Assembly: GCA_965637545.1 (NCBI GenBank)
Contig: OZ281497.1
Coordinates: forward strand, 19,158,001 to 19,222,000
Direction: 5' to 3'
DNA: 64,000 bases
From: Phallusia mammillata
Lineage: Eukaryota
Positions 47,902-60,671 of the stretch are shown piece by piece. A model generated the notes under the pieces. The model saw only the letters and a program-made list of their open reading frames with translations, did not search any database and was not told the origin of the DNA. The position numbers and the translations under genes are program-made. Each line of letters starts with the position of its first letter. The first letter of the stretch is position 1.

Positions 47902-49693
47902 GCGATTAATATTAACTGTTGGACGTAAGTCGATGAACGATCATCAATAAAAGTTCAACTGCTTGATGATTTTACCTCGATTCAAGTTGTATTTGAAAGA
48001 TATAGAGGCAGTATCCTATTGTATTGTAGGTAAAAGTTTAGGTATTTGATTTAAAATAATCAGATTTTTGTCAAGGCATCTTGTTGGGTAGGAGTCTTCT
48101 TGTGAAGGTTGTGCATACTCTGTTATTTATTTCCACCCACAGGCAAATCAACGCACTATTCGTGGGATGATTTTAGATGAACCTGTACAGCAAAAAGTTA
48201 CATTATTCTACTGTCTATTTAGTTCGACTCGATTGCTCCAGTTGTTACCTCGATAACCTCAAAGGACAAAATGATTTTATTCTAGCGTTCACTGCGAAAG
48301 TGTTTGTGCCTACTAGGTTATATGCACAGCTTAACCAGGATTAGCTGTGTTGATACCCTCTATTTCATATTGTGGTTTAGGCCTTGGGTTTGTGTTTAAT
48401 GCTGTCAAAACTCTGGCGGTTGTTGCTTAGAATGCTATCGGTATTAAAATGGGTAAACCCGCTAAAACTGTTGATATCAGGAAGCACCACTGCACCTCGG
48501 TGCTGTTCCCACACAGGCTCTTAGCAAATGCGCCTTACTGTTTCCACCTAGCGGATTGGTGACTGCCACAAAGTAACTTGTATAGTGCAGTGAAGCCTAG
48601 ACATCTTTGACTACTCGTGAAGACGCTTGAATCAACGTATCTATTTTCCGAATTGCCGTGTTTGAGTTTGGGTACACGAAACGTGGCCACAAGCACGTTT
48701 GGTGCAATCAACAGGACATATTACCTTTGTTAAACAATATGTTTAACCCTTTATTAGCACTGTACGCTTCCGCTGTAATGTTGTACACGAAATCAAACAA
48801 CACATTATGAGCAGTAGTCACTCGTGCAGGCTGACAGATGTATTGGTAACAATTTTTACGGTGGGTCTCGAAAAAGCATTGTGAAAAGACGATCGTGCGG
48901 TTTCCTTTTACTGTATTTCTACACATACGTGTTAAGCCGGTTTTCAAAATGTGTTAAACACACAGCGGTCTTAAATGACCTCACACCGTCAACTGCGTCC
49001 AGGCTTTTGACGGGCACTGAGTGACGAGAGCTCTTAGCAACAGTCACGAATATTGCTGATTGGTTGGGGCAACGAACAATACAACTTGACGACGGAAGCC
49101 AGGTATGCAATATTCAACAGCCAATTATTGAAAATCAATAGAGGTGGTTTCGACAAGAGATTAAAATTTATGAATCACCGGGTAGCTGCCATGGCTCCAA
49201 ATCACGTTGTTCTATAAAACCTGGACAACACTACATGTCACGTTTGCTTTTCACGAAATTTGGTGCCTTTGTGTTGAGCTGTAAGCCGAAAGGAACTTGC
49301 GGTAAACCGCTGCAACGTTCAGGCTTCACATTCATCACGAACACTGTTTGCACATCAATTTCTTTTGTGAAATTCTATTATCTTTTGAATTACCGATATT
49401 ACGGAAAGTTTACCTGCCGGAATTTTAGTGCAATATGTGCGGACTTTGCGTGTTGTACAGTTAAGTTAAGTGCGCAACATAAAGTGACTGAGTTTTGCTA
49501 TCTACACTTCCACAGTTTCACAGGGAATAAAATATAAAATACATAACAGCACGAATATGGAAAAACACACATACAATTGTATAGGGTGATGACACGGTTC
49601 GTTTGCTTGAAAAGTCGGGGGCTGTTATCAAGTTTTCGCAGTTCTCCATTCTGTGCATCGAGCACAAACGATTTATAAGCACCTAATTGGGCG

Positions 49694-50878
49694 TCACGCC
49701 ATTTTCGAGACAATTTCGTGGCCGCCGTTTGTGGGCTGCTGGTCGGTTTTTGACAACATGCCCACAAACTCTTCGTAGTCGATCTGTCCGTCGCCGTTTT
49801 TGTCCGCCTCGTTGATCATCTCGTTAATGTCCTCCTCGGTCAGATTCTCGCCAATGTTTCGCATCACGTGACTAAGTTCCGCCCGACTGATGTAGCCGTT
49901 GCCGTCGCGATCAAAGACCTATAAATAGATAAGTAGAATTGGCAATCAAGTTGCGATTCCCCAATATTGATTGCTATTAAATAGCGGCCAACTCAGTTGG
50001 TTGCAATTCGTAAGTGTGTGCAACCAATAGCCCGTAAAACTCATTCCAAATTGTGATTTATAGTAAATCGATTTTGCGGACAAAAGTTGATTGTAAAGAG
50101 CGCAGAACGTACGATGCTGATCGCATATTATAGCATTACGAATACTGTTAGGCGCCGTAGTAAAGCGTGAATCCATTACTTCAAAGACATAACTCACACC
50201 ATCACCAACAAATGGCACAAAGGGCTGTTTGTGACATTTAGTTGTGTGAACGGATGTAGCTTTTAAACGTGACAAGCATTTTTCCGCGCAATGCGTGTTT
50301 GCAAGTGGGCGGGTGCAGTGGCGCGTAGTGATCAGGACTCGGCTAAATTTGGCATTCGAAGAAAAGCACTGACACTGCAAAATAAATGCTGCGTGCAAAA
50401 CCAAGCCTTGGTCGATAAGAATCGGGTTGCAGCAGTATTCGCTTGCGACGTCTGCGCCACAAAAGACTACATTTTGACCTAGTCTCCTTAGATTAGTTGT
50501 CATATTATACACCGGAAGACCCAAATTGAATAACGATCGAGCGCAAATTACCTTAAATGCTTCTCGCAGCTCCTCGTCCTCCGCTTGGTCGTGTCGACTT
50601 TTGGTTTCCATCATACGCACAAACTCATCAAAATCGATCTTGTCATTGCCGTCTACGTCAGCTTCATGGATCATGTCCCTTAATTCTGAGTCAGTCGCCG
50701 GATATCCCAGGGTCCTCATCACTGAACCAAGTTCATCAGCCTCAATGCTTCCGTCACCATTCTGGTCAAAAAACGCAAAGGCCTCGCGCAATTCATCCAG
50801 TTTGCCATCGACGACAGCAGCGCTGCCATTGTACACAGGTTGTTTGTGTTGATTTTTCTGCTTGGCCATTGCGGACAT
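49694..50878 (-). CDS. Divergent calmodulin-like protein, 4 EF-hands, 2 exons, 183 aa
   Basis: Exons 50878-50552 and 49918-49694 (GT-AG, phase 0). Loops [48 protein letters not shown]; EEELREAF-type linkers; N- and C-terminal extensions and many substitutions, so not canonical calmodulin. Confidence 0.92.
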
Positions 50879-53003
50879 GTTGATCTCAAGCCTTTACGCA
50901 GCTGCCCAGATTACATACCGCGCACAACAAAACCCTGATTTAATCTCCTGTGGCTACAACTAGGAAAAACAAACACGCTAAAGAATCAACACACATGTAT
51001 TGAAAAGGGTAGGCCCATTAATGACCGTGTTTACATACACCGTAAACAGAGCTATCTGTGCATTTCGGAATAGACATTGAATACAGTTTTGAGTTATCTA
51101 ATATTAAATCTTATGTAGGCGATGCACACGACATATAAACGCAGTCCAAATTAACTTTTTATTTTGGGCAATGCTCATTAACTGGCCACTACGCTAACTA
51201 ATGCAAAATGTCTTTTTAATGTGCTTGCCTAAGCTGGCCTACAGACAATACGACTAAAACATTTCAATCGTGTGGCAGCGTTCGCGCTCGCTTCTGAAAT
51301 AAATGACCGTTGGCTTCCTCTTTACCAGATCTGACGGTGAGATGCCTAATCCTCTAAGCCGCACAGTTGCAGTGGAGTTAACTATGCTCAGCGACAACAA
51401 CCGACCACAGCCGAAGCTGTTTGCACGCGGTGCTGATTGATTTACAATAAAGGGGGCGGACCACTTGCGTTTTCAATTCTCACACGCGATGACGTCAGAT
51501 TAGCGCTTTCTGTTCTAATCGGGAATACGGCGTTTGTTGCATAATCGCTTCGGAGATCTAAGCGGAGCAGAAAGCACCATTTGCAATGGACACGACACCG
51601 ACCGGCGACTAAAATACTCCAGGGGCAGCGCACAGGCCTAGGCTTTTGCCCTGACGTTTGCTGTGGAAATGGCAGCCGATTACCAGTGTCCCACAAGGGA
51701 CAATGCAATATCGCAGGGGCCTGTGCAGCTGGCAGATACGTTACTTACCAGTGATTCCATTTCGGCATGCTTCGATCGCGTTATTGACGGAAGTGGCTTT
51801 AGAAGTTCGCAGGCGAAATAAACTTGTATGACACTTCATTTAATTAACCTTTGTGATTAGCGCAAATATTACACAATCGCTTTTTACAAAATTTTGGCAA
51901 ACATACCTTGGCAAACAGAGCTAGTACCATGTTTGCCATTTCTCTGCCTATATCGCTTGAAATCAATTTTACTCACGTACGTAAAACCACATTCCTACAA
52001 CAAAAAGTCAATTTTCATTCAAGCCCGAATTCCAATTCCTTGACAATATAGCTATTCCCGCAGAATAAGTTCCTAACTACCGACACAGTGGCACACAAAA
52101 TACCAGCCAGTCGCCTCTGGAATTTACTGCCGAATAAGCTTAGGTCGTACAATCTTATACGTCACAGACACATAATCTGCTGTAAACAAACCTTCTGTAG
52201 GTGCTGATATCACGCTCTATATAAGCATCGACGGCTGGCACACCTTTTTCTCACTGATTGCTACAATCCTGCCAATTGATTATTAAACTATTGCTCACAG
52301 CTTGACTCCATGAATAATTTACAACTCATTTCGCTGTTTGCAACACAGAACTTCCCCTATACACTCATTACCGCGACGCAGCATACAAAATTGATTGACG
52401 TTTTACGCCAAGGTCGCAGTTGCCGTTATAGTTAACCTCTGATAAATACTCAGTTGCCCCATTTACGCTTATACTTTAAAAACGCAACAATATTTGTTGC
52501 AAGACTGAAACATGTAAAAAATCAACTTATTTTTTCTGACCCACCCTTTGTCACACGATGAGCCCGTTTGTTTTGGCGCTGGTTGTGCATATACACAAGC
52601 CCGTTTGGATTTCAAACCGAACTGTTTGCGCCGAAAAAGTGCTTCTGCGACATTTTTGTACTGTGGTCTACTTGCAATTTCATTGGCTCTCTTGCAAAGC
52701 TTCGCGTCAATCTTAAAGGCGATTATCCTGTCATTTCAAGCACTGACTCAGACTGCAGTCGAGGCGGTACTGAAAGCAATATTGCGGAACTGGTACATCG
52801 GCGTCGAACCATAACATCGCCGGGGTCCGGGTATGGGTTACCGGCGAATTGTTCCTCCGCACGCCGGGGGTCGAACGAGCGGACCTGGGTTCCACCGGTG
52901 CTGCCTCGTTGGTCTCAATTCGAAACTCATATCGCGTATCGGTTTACCACTGGCACGAGAACGCTGTTGTTCAATCGACCACTGGCTGTTGTGTCGTACA
53001 ACC

Positions 53004-53382
53004 TTATGTCGTGTCTATTTCCGGACACATTGTAACGAGTTTTTGTTGTCCAGCACCGGTCTTGTTGTCAGTGTATTTGTCACCCGATTTGGCCAATGAC
53101 ACATAGCGAATGGTAAAATCACCGGATGATGATTGCTTGCGTTTTGGTTTTGTACCTGGTTGCCTAATGCGTTGAAGCAAGTCCGAAATTCCCTGTTAAA
53201 AAGTTTTTTTTTTGCTTGATACGTTATGGCTCGTCTTTGTAGAAGTCGTGAAAAATCAGAATTAGAAACTGAACACAAACACAGCATGTATAGGTATAGG
53301 TAGAAATTTATCATTAGCCAACAACAATACAGCGTTTGAGGTTTCAAATTTTTCAATCTTCGAGGCTGCTTACGTTACACAT
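53004..53382 (-). CDS. Candidate spliced small protein, 65 aa or the C-terminal part of a longer one
   Basis: ATGTGTAAC|GTAAGC (53382-53374) joins strong acceptor CTTTTTAACAG| at 53192 to give MCN|GISDLLQRIRQPGTKPKRKQSSSGDFTIRYVSLAKSGDKYTDNKTGAGQQKLVTMCPEIDTT* (stop 53006-53004). Upstream exon 54227-54158 is also open and in phase. Confidence 0.45.
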
Positions 53383-54845
53383 AGGAAAAAAATTCCCGCA
53401 ATATTTTAGGATGTTGCATGCACGCAACGCACATCCTCTTCTGCCGTTCTATTTTTGCCCATCTTTTCTGAGGATCAACGTTCCACAAACCGAGCTGCAT
53501 TGGGTTGGTGGTCATTTAGGTTTGCAACTGCGCAAGCCATTGATGTCAGCGTTGTACGTAACAATACACACTTGACAAGTGCCGTTGCAAATCCGAAGTA
53601 AAAACTTTCATGTACTTATAAACAGTTGATTTGTAGTTCATCTATGTTCTTTCAGCAAATGCCTGGGTACTTTCATTTTCAAGCCTGTGTTCAACCGCTT
53701 GTCAATCAAGGACAGGCTTTGATAAGAGTGGAAGTCAAACCGGTCCAAAAAACAACAGTTTTGAAAACTGTCTAAACAAAACAATTCTTAAGTGTCCGTT
53801 GGCGGTTGGCCCAGATAAATCTTTGCTGATCACTTTGTCACTCACCCATCAGACACAATGGGTTATATTTACGTTAGACAGCTAATATATTGCGGTTTAG
53901 CAACAGTAGCCCGCCCCTATTGATGTATTTTGGTTCGTTGAGCAACGGGTCGGACGTCTCCTTTATTAATTTCAGCTTTAGCTTGTTCATTATCATTGAC
54001 TGTGTCATCACAATGAGTTGGATCCCTTGTGGAATACAGAAAACAGCTCTGCAAAATGCCCAAAGGTAAGTGTGCTAAATATAGTCGTGAAAGTTTAATT
54101 AAACATAAAATTGCCATTGACTGTATTACAAGCATATGCAGCATTCGTATGACTTACATGCTTTTTAGTTTCTGAGTAAGATTGTAGACTGCTGTTGTAG
54201 CCTACTGTTGTACGAGATCCACTGCTGCTGAAATAAAAATTTTGTCACCGTTGCTTTGTCACCTGGTTGTATCGTTGTGCAAAATACAATTTAACTGGAA
54301 CTTGTTATATGCGTGGACTACAATGAAATACACTTTGTGACCTGTTTGGTTCTTTGATAAACGCACCCTACATTGAAAAATAATCTTTCTGTTTTATCGA
54401 AAGACAATGCAGTGAATTATAAATTTACAAATTTACTTAATGATGACGTGGAAATTTATTTGTAAACGTTCTGAATATATTTATAAACATAACCACCATA
54501 TTTTATCACTGAAAAGGTGTATTTGAAGGAATGTTTTTCAAACATTTGGAAAAAGTTTTGTTTTTATTCAAGCATGACAAGTTTGCTCATGCGTATTAAA
54601 CGTACGCACTAAAGCGTGAAACGTTTTGGGTTTGGGAGGCAAAGTTTCCGCGATTATAGTTACAAAGGTTTTGGTTTGTTTGTTTGTTGAAGCTGAAACA
54701 ACGAGATTAAAAACCTAAAGTGTACATAGTAAGGATGTTGTAATGCTATTGCAATGTTGCGTGGTAAATTTCTATCGTTTTTGATGTGAATTTATGAAGT
54801 TTGGACAATTGGAACCACAGACCAGGCAGGCAGGTTCAGGTCCAG

Positions 54846-57800
54846 ATGGTAACGTCTAAAACTTTGGTCCCACTTTTCCCGATTATGCAGTGTTTGGTAC
54901 AGTTTGTGGAAGATGAATTTATTGTCATTTGTTGGATACTACTTGGGCAGGACCATTGCTATGCTACAGTTTTTTTTAAGCATTTAGCGTTAGATACTGT
55001 AATAATGAGAGATTTGTGCAAAAAGGATTGTATAATGTCTATAACTTTTAAAAGAATATTTATTTTTGACAGGTTCATTGTACTCATTCTAACAGAATAA
55101 TACTAAAAAATATGAATCCAAAACTTGAATGGTCCACAAAAGAAAAGCTTTCTTTATCTTCTTATGTTTTACAAAGTGGCAATCAGCACTGGTAAGATAT
55201 GGCAACCAGCTGTCTTTTTTAACACCATCAAAATAAAGAATTAAAAACGTTGGTTTTTATCAAATATTGCAAATGTAGTTGATTATATTTTTATGTCACA
55301 AGCGATAGTCCTTAACATGACATGTTATTTAATTTCTAATAATATTTAAAATTCAATGTTAGGTCTGGAGGTGTCACTCGGATGCTGAGGTCTTTGGGTG
55401 AACCTAATCGACCACCAGATTGGTTTAGTGCAAAAAACTGTGCACAACAATACACTGATTTAATTGAAGCTGCAGAAACACCAAGGTTGGTCTTATTAAA
55501 ACATTTTTTCCTACTTCCTTTATGGCCGTAACTGCTAGTGCTTGGTAGATGCTGCCTTAACATAGAACAGGAGTGTCCAGCCAGTCAAATGCACACCTGA
55601 TCCCAAGTTAATGCAAGTGGTTTAGCTAAGTTACCTTTTTTCATTGTTGTTAACTCAACAGTTGTTCCATGGCTGTTGCATATGTCCTTACAAGAATTTC
55701 TCTGTTTTGGTACATGCTGTCAGAGTGTGTGTTGACATCTGTTGTGTAAAACAAAATTAGTACCTAAGAATTCTATGACGCAAATGACTACATGCAAATA
55801 AAAAACAAACAAACGAAAATTAATACTTTGATCAGATTCCAAAATAACACTGCACTAATATAAATGGAAGGTGCACATGATATACTGTAGGCCAGGGATG
55901 CACAACCTAAGGCTATGCTGCCAAATGTGGCTTAAGTACATTTTTATGTGGCCACACAAGTATTTTGAATTACATGTATTGGCTAATTCTTTACAACTGT
56001 AATTGATAAATAAAAAGCACAGTGACTTTGTCAAGAGAAGTGTATCTGGTGCATAATTTGTAATGTAACTGATTAGACCAGCAGCAATGCCAACAGGAAA
56101 TAAGCTGACCAGATTTTAGTTAGTAATGTTGACCCATTAGTTGACCCCATAAGATTGGTTGCCTTTATCGTTGTTCTTACATAAGAGGTTGGCCATCGTC
56201 GGCAATATGCAATTAACTGTAATTTTGTAGACGGAAAAGAGGTGAGCGATCTGAATCGAATGAATCAAGCTCAAGTGCAAGTTCTCCAGCCATTCTATCA
56301 ATTGGTGATGCCATTGTTAGAAAGCTTACCCAGGAGCGGATCGAGGAAATTCGAAAACAAATTAGAAGTGAAAGAGCGAAATACAAAAAGTTAAAAAACA
56401 CTTTGGCACAGGTGACAAATATGTTTATAAAATCTAAAAACTCAAAAAAATTCTTTAACACCAAAATATACAGATTGAGTCTGGAGACCTAGATGACAAA
56501 TTGGATGAAATGATAGAGGAAATCCAAAGGTTGGTTGAGTGTTTTTAAAACTGCCAAATGTTTGTGAATGTAGTTTTGTATGAAAGTAATTTAACACTTG
56601 ATGTTTACCACTGTGTTTTCTTGTTATAAGGGCAACTTCAGTTTAGTGCAGTGGTTCTTAACCTTTTTTCCTTGCTGCACCCCTTTCAAATCACTAACCA
56701 ATTTTCGCACCCCCTTTCAAATCACTAACCAATTTTCGCTCCCCCTTCTGTAATTGCTTAAATAGAATAGACCTAACCAACCTTAACGATTCTGCATCTC
56801 CGCACCCCCTAGGAACAGTTCTCGCACCCCTTGGGGGTGCGTGCACCCCAGGTTAAGAACCCCTGGTTTAGTGGGTTAAAATTTGACCACTCAAAATGTC
56901 AGTTTTGTTTTCATTTGGTAGAAAAAAAGCTGAAGAAGCCCAAACCAAAACACCTGAGGCCAAGAATAATGAGGAAGTACAACCTGTTCAAGAAGTAGAA
57001 AATCAAAGTTTGTCAAATTTTATTCTATTTTTAAAAAAATCGAAACTAAAAGTGTTGTGCATTAGATGTTGTGATGGAGACCAGTAAACCTGATACAGCT
57101 GATGATAACACAACAACATCTGAAGAAATTCAACCAATTCCGGTTCCTGAAAACTCTGAACAAGATGTAAGATTAAATGATTGTAGTCCTGCAATATCAA
57201 ACTCTTACATTTGCTTTTATGGTTTCCTGCTTAGAGTGAAACACTTACAATCCCTGATGATACACAAGAGTTGAAGGAGAATCAAGTTGAAATGGAAGTC
57301 GATGCAAATCAGGTAGGAAATAGAGACGTGCTGTATGTTAACATGTTTTTTCAATGGCTTGGTGTTCTTAAAAGGAGGAAAGCCAAGATTCTGAAACAAT
57401 TGAGGACTCAGAAATGCTTCCCTTCGAACCTACTGTTAATGCAGAGGATTCTACAGAAGCGGCAACGGTTTGTGTCCCTGAAAACAAAGATCAGTCCCAA
57501 CCGCCCTGCGAGGAAACAGCAACTAATGTCACAGAACTACAGGTGTTTATATTACAATTGGCTAAGTATCCATTGATAAGTAAAATGTATAACACAGTAT
57601 CAATTTTAGGAGCTTACTGATACAGCCACAACAGGAGATCCCTTACCAAAGGAGGAGGATAGTGTATCCAAGCCTGTCATTGTGGACAACATTAATGATG
57701 AAGAGCCAACAGCTAATTCACCAGTGTGTGATGTTCCAGCACAAGAGCCTGAAACCACCAATCCTGATGTGGACGAGGATGTTCAGGATGTTCTCCCATC

Positions 57801-60671
57801 TCCTGATGTTGATTTGCCCACGGATGAAACCAGGACAGGTACTGTGGAGTCAGAGGAAACCACACAAGAAGAAAATGATCAAGTTGTGAACACCGAAACT
57901 AAAAATTTTGTGGCACCATTACCAGATACCCTGGAAAAGAAAGGAGATACGAAAGTACCAACAGCATCTGCACAAGAACATACTGTTGTAGTTCAAGAAA
58001 ATCCAAATGTCGTGGCATCAGACTTTGTAGATACAACTGATAAAAATCAAGACATCGTCACTGAAACGGCAGAAGAGCCAGCAGATGCTCCATCAGTAAC
58101 AGAAGATAACAAAGTGGAGGAGTCTGTAGTTGAAGATGATAATATTTCACATGCCAGTAATTCTGTTATTGGAGATGGAAACTTTTCAGAACAAAATGAA
58201 GGTATTACTTTCTTTCTAACCTACATATATGTATTTGTACTGTCAAAAAAAATTACATTAACTTTTGCAACAGGTGACACTGGCAGCATGGCAAGCACAC
58301 CTGCATATATTGACAGCTTTCCAAGTAGTCCTGCATTGTCAACAACGTAAATAGATATACACAGTAAATATGAACATGGTTTCAAATACCATTTTATTAC
58401 AGGAGTGATGCTGACCCAGAGGCTACTGCCAACTTCCGTGCATGGAAAAAGTCCATTATGATTTTGTGGAAACAGGTTGCAAGCCACAGGTGGGAGTCAA
58501 AACATTTTGAATGAGACAGTTTACACTCTATTATAACCTTTATTTTGTTGCAATAGATACGCCAGCTTGTTCTTGCAACCAGTCACTGATGACATTGCTC
58601 CCAACTACTCCAACGTTGTCTACAGGGCAATGGACCTGTCAACCCTGAAAAAGCATCTAGAAACAGGAGTGGTTAGTTTGTGGTAGAGTTTTCAGTGTCT
58701 CTGCTCACCCAATTTAAGAAGGAAAATTCACATAACGATGTTTGTATCTATTGCTAGACCTCGTTTCTGAATAGGCCTTAAACATACAGGCTACTTTATG
58801 TGCTTGCAAATTGATTCCACATTCCCATGTTTGTGGCCATTGCGTTGGAGTGTATGACACTATGACAACCAGATATTGACTGACTGCTGTTAAATTATGA
58901 AGTTATTTCTGTTTCAGGTGCGAACGACCAGCGAGTTTCAGCGCGATTTAATGCTAATGTTCCAGAACGCTCTTATGTACAATAATCGGGAACACGATGT
59001 CTACAAGATGGCGCTAGACATGCAGAAAGACGTCATGGATCAAGTTGCGGTAAGTATAACGTCTGTAACTTCGTTCTCTTACTCATTGTTTAAGCTGTGC
59101 CTTTTTTACACAACGTAAAAGCAACAGTGCAATTATATTTAGATGTTTAGGTCATCACTGTTTATTAAGGAAACTTATGATGTCAAATACTCGATATATA
59201 TATATATATTTTGTAAAACTGTTTTTGTGACCTTTTTTTATTTGACTCACCTTGCATTTTCGGAATAGCGTTTTTTTAACTTGCAGCCCTTTTTCTGTAG
59301 CAATTTTTGGCAACCCAATTGATGATGGAAACTGCTCAACAGTCAACGCCCAAAGGTCTGCGAAGAAGCACACTGCGCAAGTCGGCCATGAGCGAAAAGG
59401 TAGGCTACCACTCACATTTTCCACGAAATTCCTCCCAAATAACCAGCACCCCTTCTACAATTATTCATGTTCTTGTACTTAGAGAGACGGCGAACCCAAC
59501 AAGGTGTCGGCATCGGCCGATATGTTAATCGCGCTACTTGTACGGTACTCACAGCTAACTTTTACTTTGCGCACTGACACTTTTGGTTGTATTTTTGCAC
59601 GGGTTGGGTTGACTCACGTTTTAAACGTTCGCTGAGGTGTATCATTCGTACTGAATGTTTTATGTGATGTGATTGCGAGACCTGAAACAGAACTGCCTTG
59701 TATATTGAAACAGAACCCCTTTCAATTAAACAGAATTGTTTAGCTGTTTTTTCATCTGTTTGCTCTATGGTACAAAAGATGTCTGTAGCAGCATTTTTTA
59801 AAGTATTTTTTAAAGTCGCCTAATTTAATGCTGACAGTCGTTGTAACAAATTCTGTGAATTTGAATAACACGGAATCGTAAAACTGTAAAAAGGTGTAGA
59901 TAGGTTAGTCCATTTTTGCTTGTTTCAAATTAAATCGCCTAAAAACAACGCTCCGCCTAATTCCTTATTTGGCCCTGATCACGAACTTTGCTAAATTAAA
60001 CGATTTCAGTCAAATCCTTCGATAATGGATGTGGTTTAGAAACCAAAACCAGTTTAGCATGTGTGAGGGGAGACAGTGTTACATTTGGAACAACTACAAA
60101 CGCCCCTAACAATACAACTCATAATGGATTTCCTGGGTTCTAATTGCTTGCGTAAACTATACGTATAATCACTGGGATCGATTTGCAGACAATTGATCGT
60201 CGTTGATCGCCATGTTAGGCGTTGTTTTGCAGGGTGATTTTGCACGAATCAAGTAGATTATAGACAAGTTCCCTTTAAATCAGTGTAAAACGGCAAGAAA
60301 TGCACACTTTCCAATTTAAAATGATTTCTAAATGACTTGATTTATGTTCAAACAAATTCTTCGGCAAAAGCTTAATTCATATTTTTTTAATCAACTCTTT
60401 GTATAGTTGACTGCACTTTTTTGGTTTGCCTTCTTTTTTCGTTCGTGATGAAGTTAGCAAGGGATGTTAGTTTTATTTGTGGTTTGGAGTCAAACTCGTG
60501 AATTTTCTCTCCTCCAACGTGAAATATTCTCTTGTAGACCGGTTTGCCTGCGGTATTAAATAATGAACTTTGTATTTTTCTTTTTCTCAGGTCAGCGAGG
60601 CACGGAGCAAGCGGACGGCAGCCATCGAAGGCGAGATGAAGTTTATGAAGAAGAAGCCGCCACACGAGTGA
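54846..60671 (+). CDS. BRD8: Bromodomain-containing protein 8 (NuA4/TIP60 subunit), single-bromodomain form
   Basis: Start at ATG 54846 (ATG-only exon spliced to 55073) or ATG 55112. WSTKEKLSLSS...GEPNRPPDWFSAKNCAQQYTDLIE...ETPRRKRGE, IVRKLTQERIEE; acidic middle; bromodomain exons 58403-58489, 58557-58671, 58918-59049 (WKKSIMILWKQVASHRYASLFLQPVTDDIAPNY...DLMLMFQNALMYN); 59301-59399; last exon 60591-60671 VSEARSKRTAAIEGEMKFMKKKPPHE resembles the vertebrate short-isoform end. Confidence 0.93.
56649..56865. mobile_element. hAT MITE, 217 bp, in a BRD8 intron
   Basis: TIRs CAGTGGTTCTTAACCT / AGGTTAAGAACCCCTG (15/16); perfect TSD GTTTAGTG; internal ~32-bp tandem duplication (ccctttcaaatcactaaccaattttcgc x2). 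Confidence 0.92.

Noticed and set aside
49946-50551. C-terminal two thirds of the 310-aa ORF-track translation of the calmodulin-like gene
   Set aside because: Read-through into the intron; the real second exon (49918-49694) supplies EF-hands 3 and 4.
52568-53035. 155-aa plus-strand ORF
   Set aside because: Non-ATG start, no recognisable domain or splice support; it lies antisense to the probable 3' UTR of the minus-strand candidate gene.
55579-55590. AGCCAGTCAAAT in a BRD8 intron, matching the start of the snoRNA candidates
   Set aside because: Match is only 12 nt; the CAGGGCC pocket strand and hairpin are absent.
10614-60671. DDB1, KMT2E and BRD8 as a functional chromatin gene cluster
   Set aside because: They are interspersed with unrelated genes, and nothing in the sequence indicates co-regulation.
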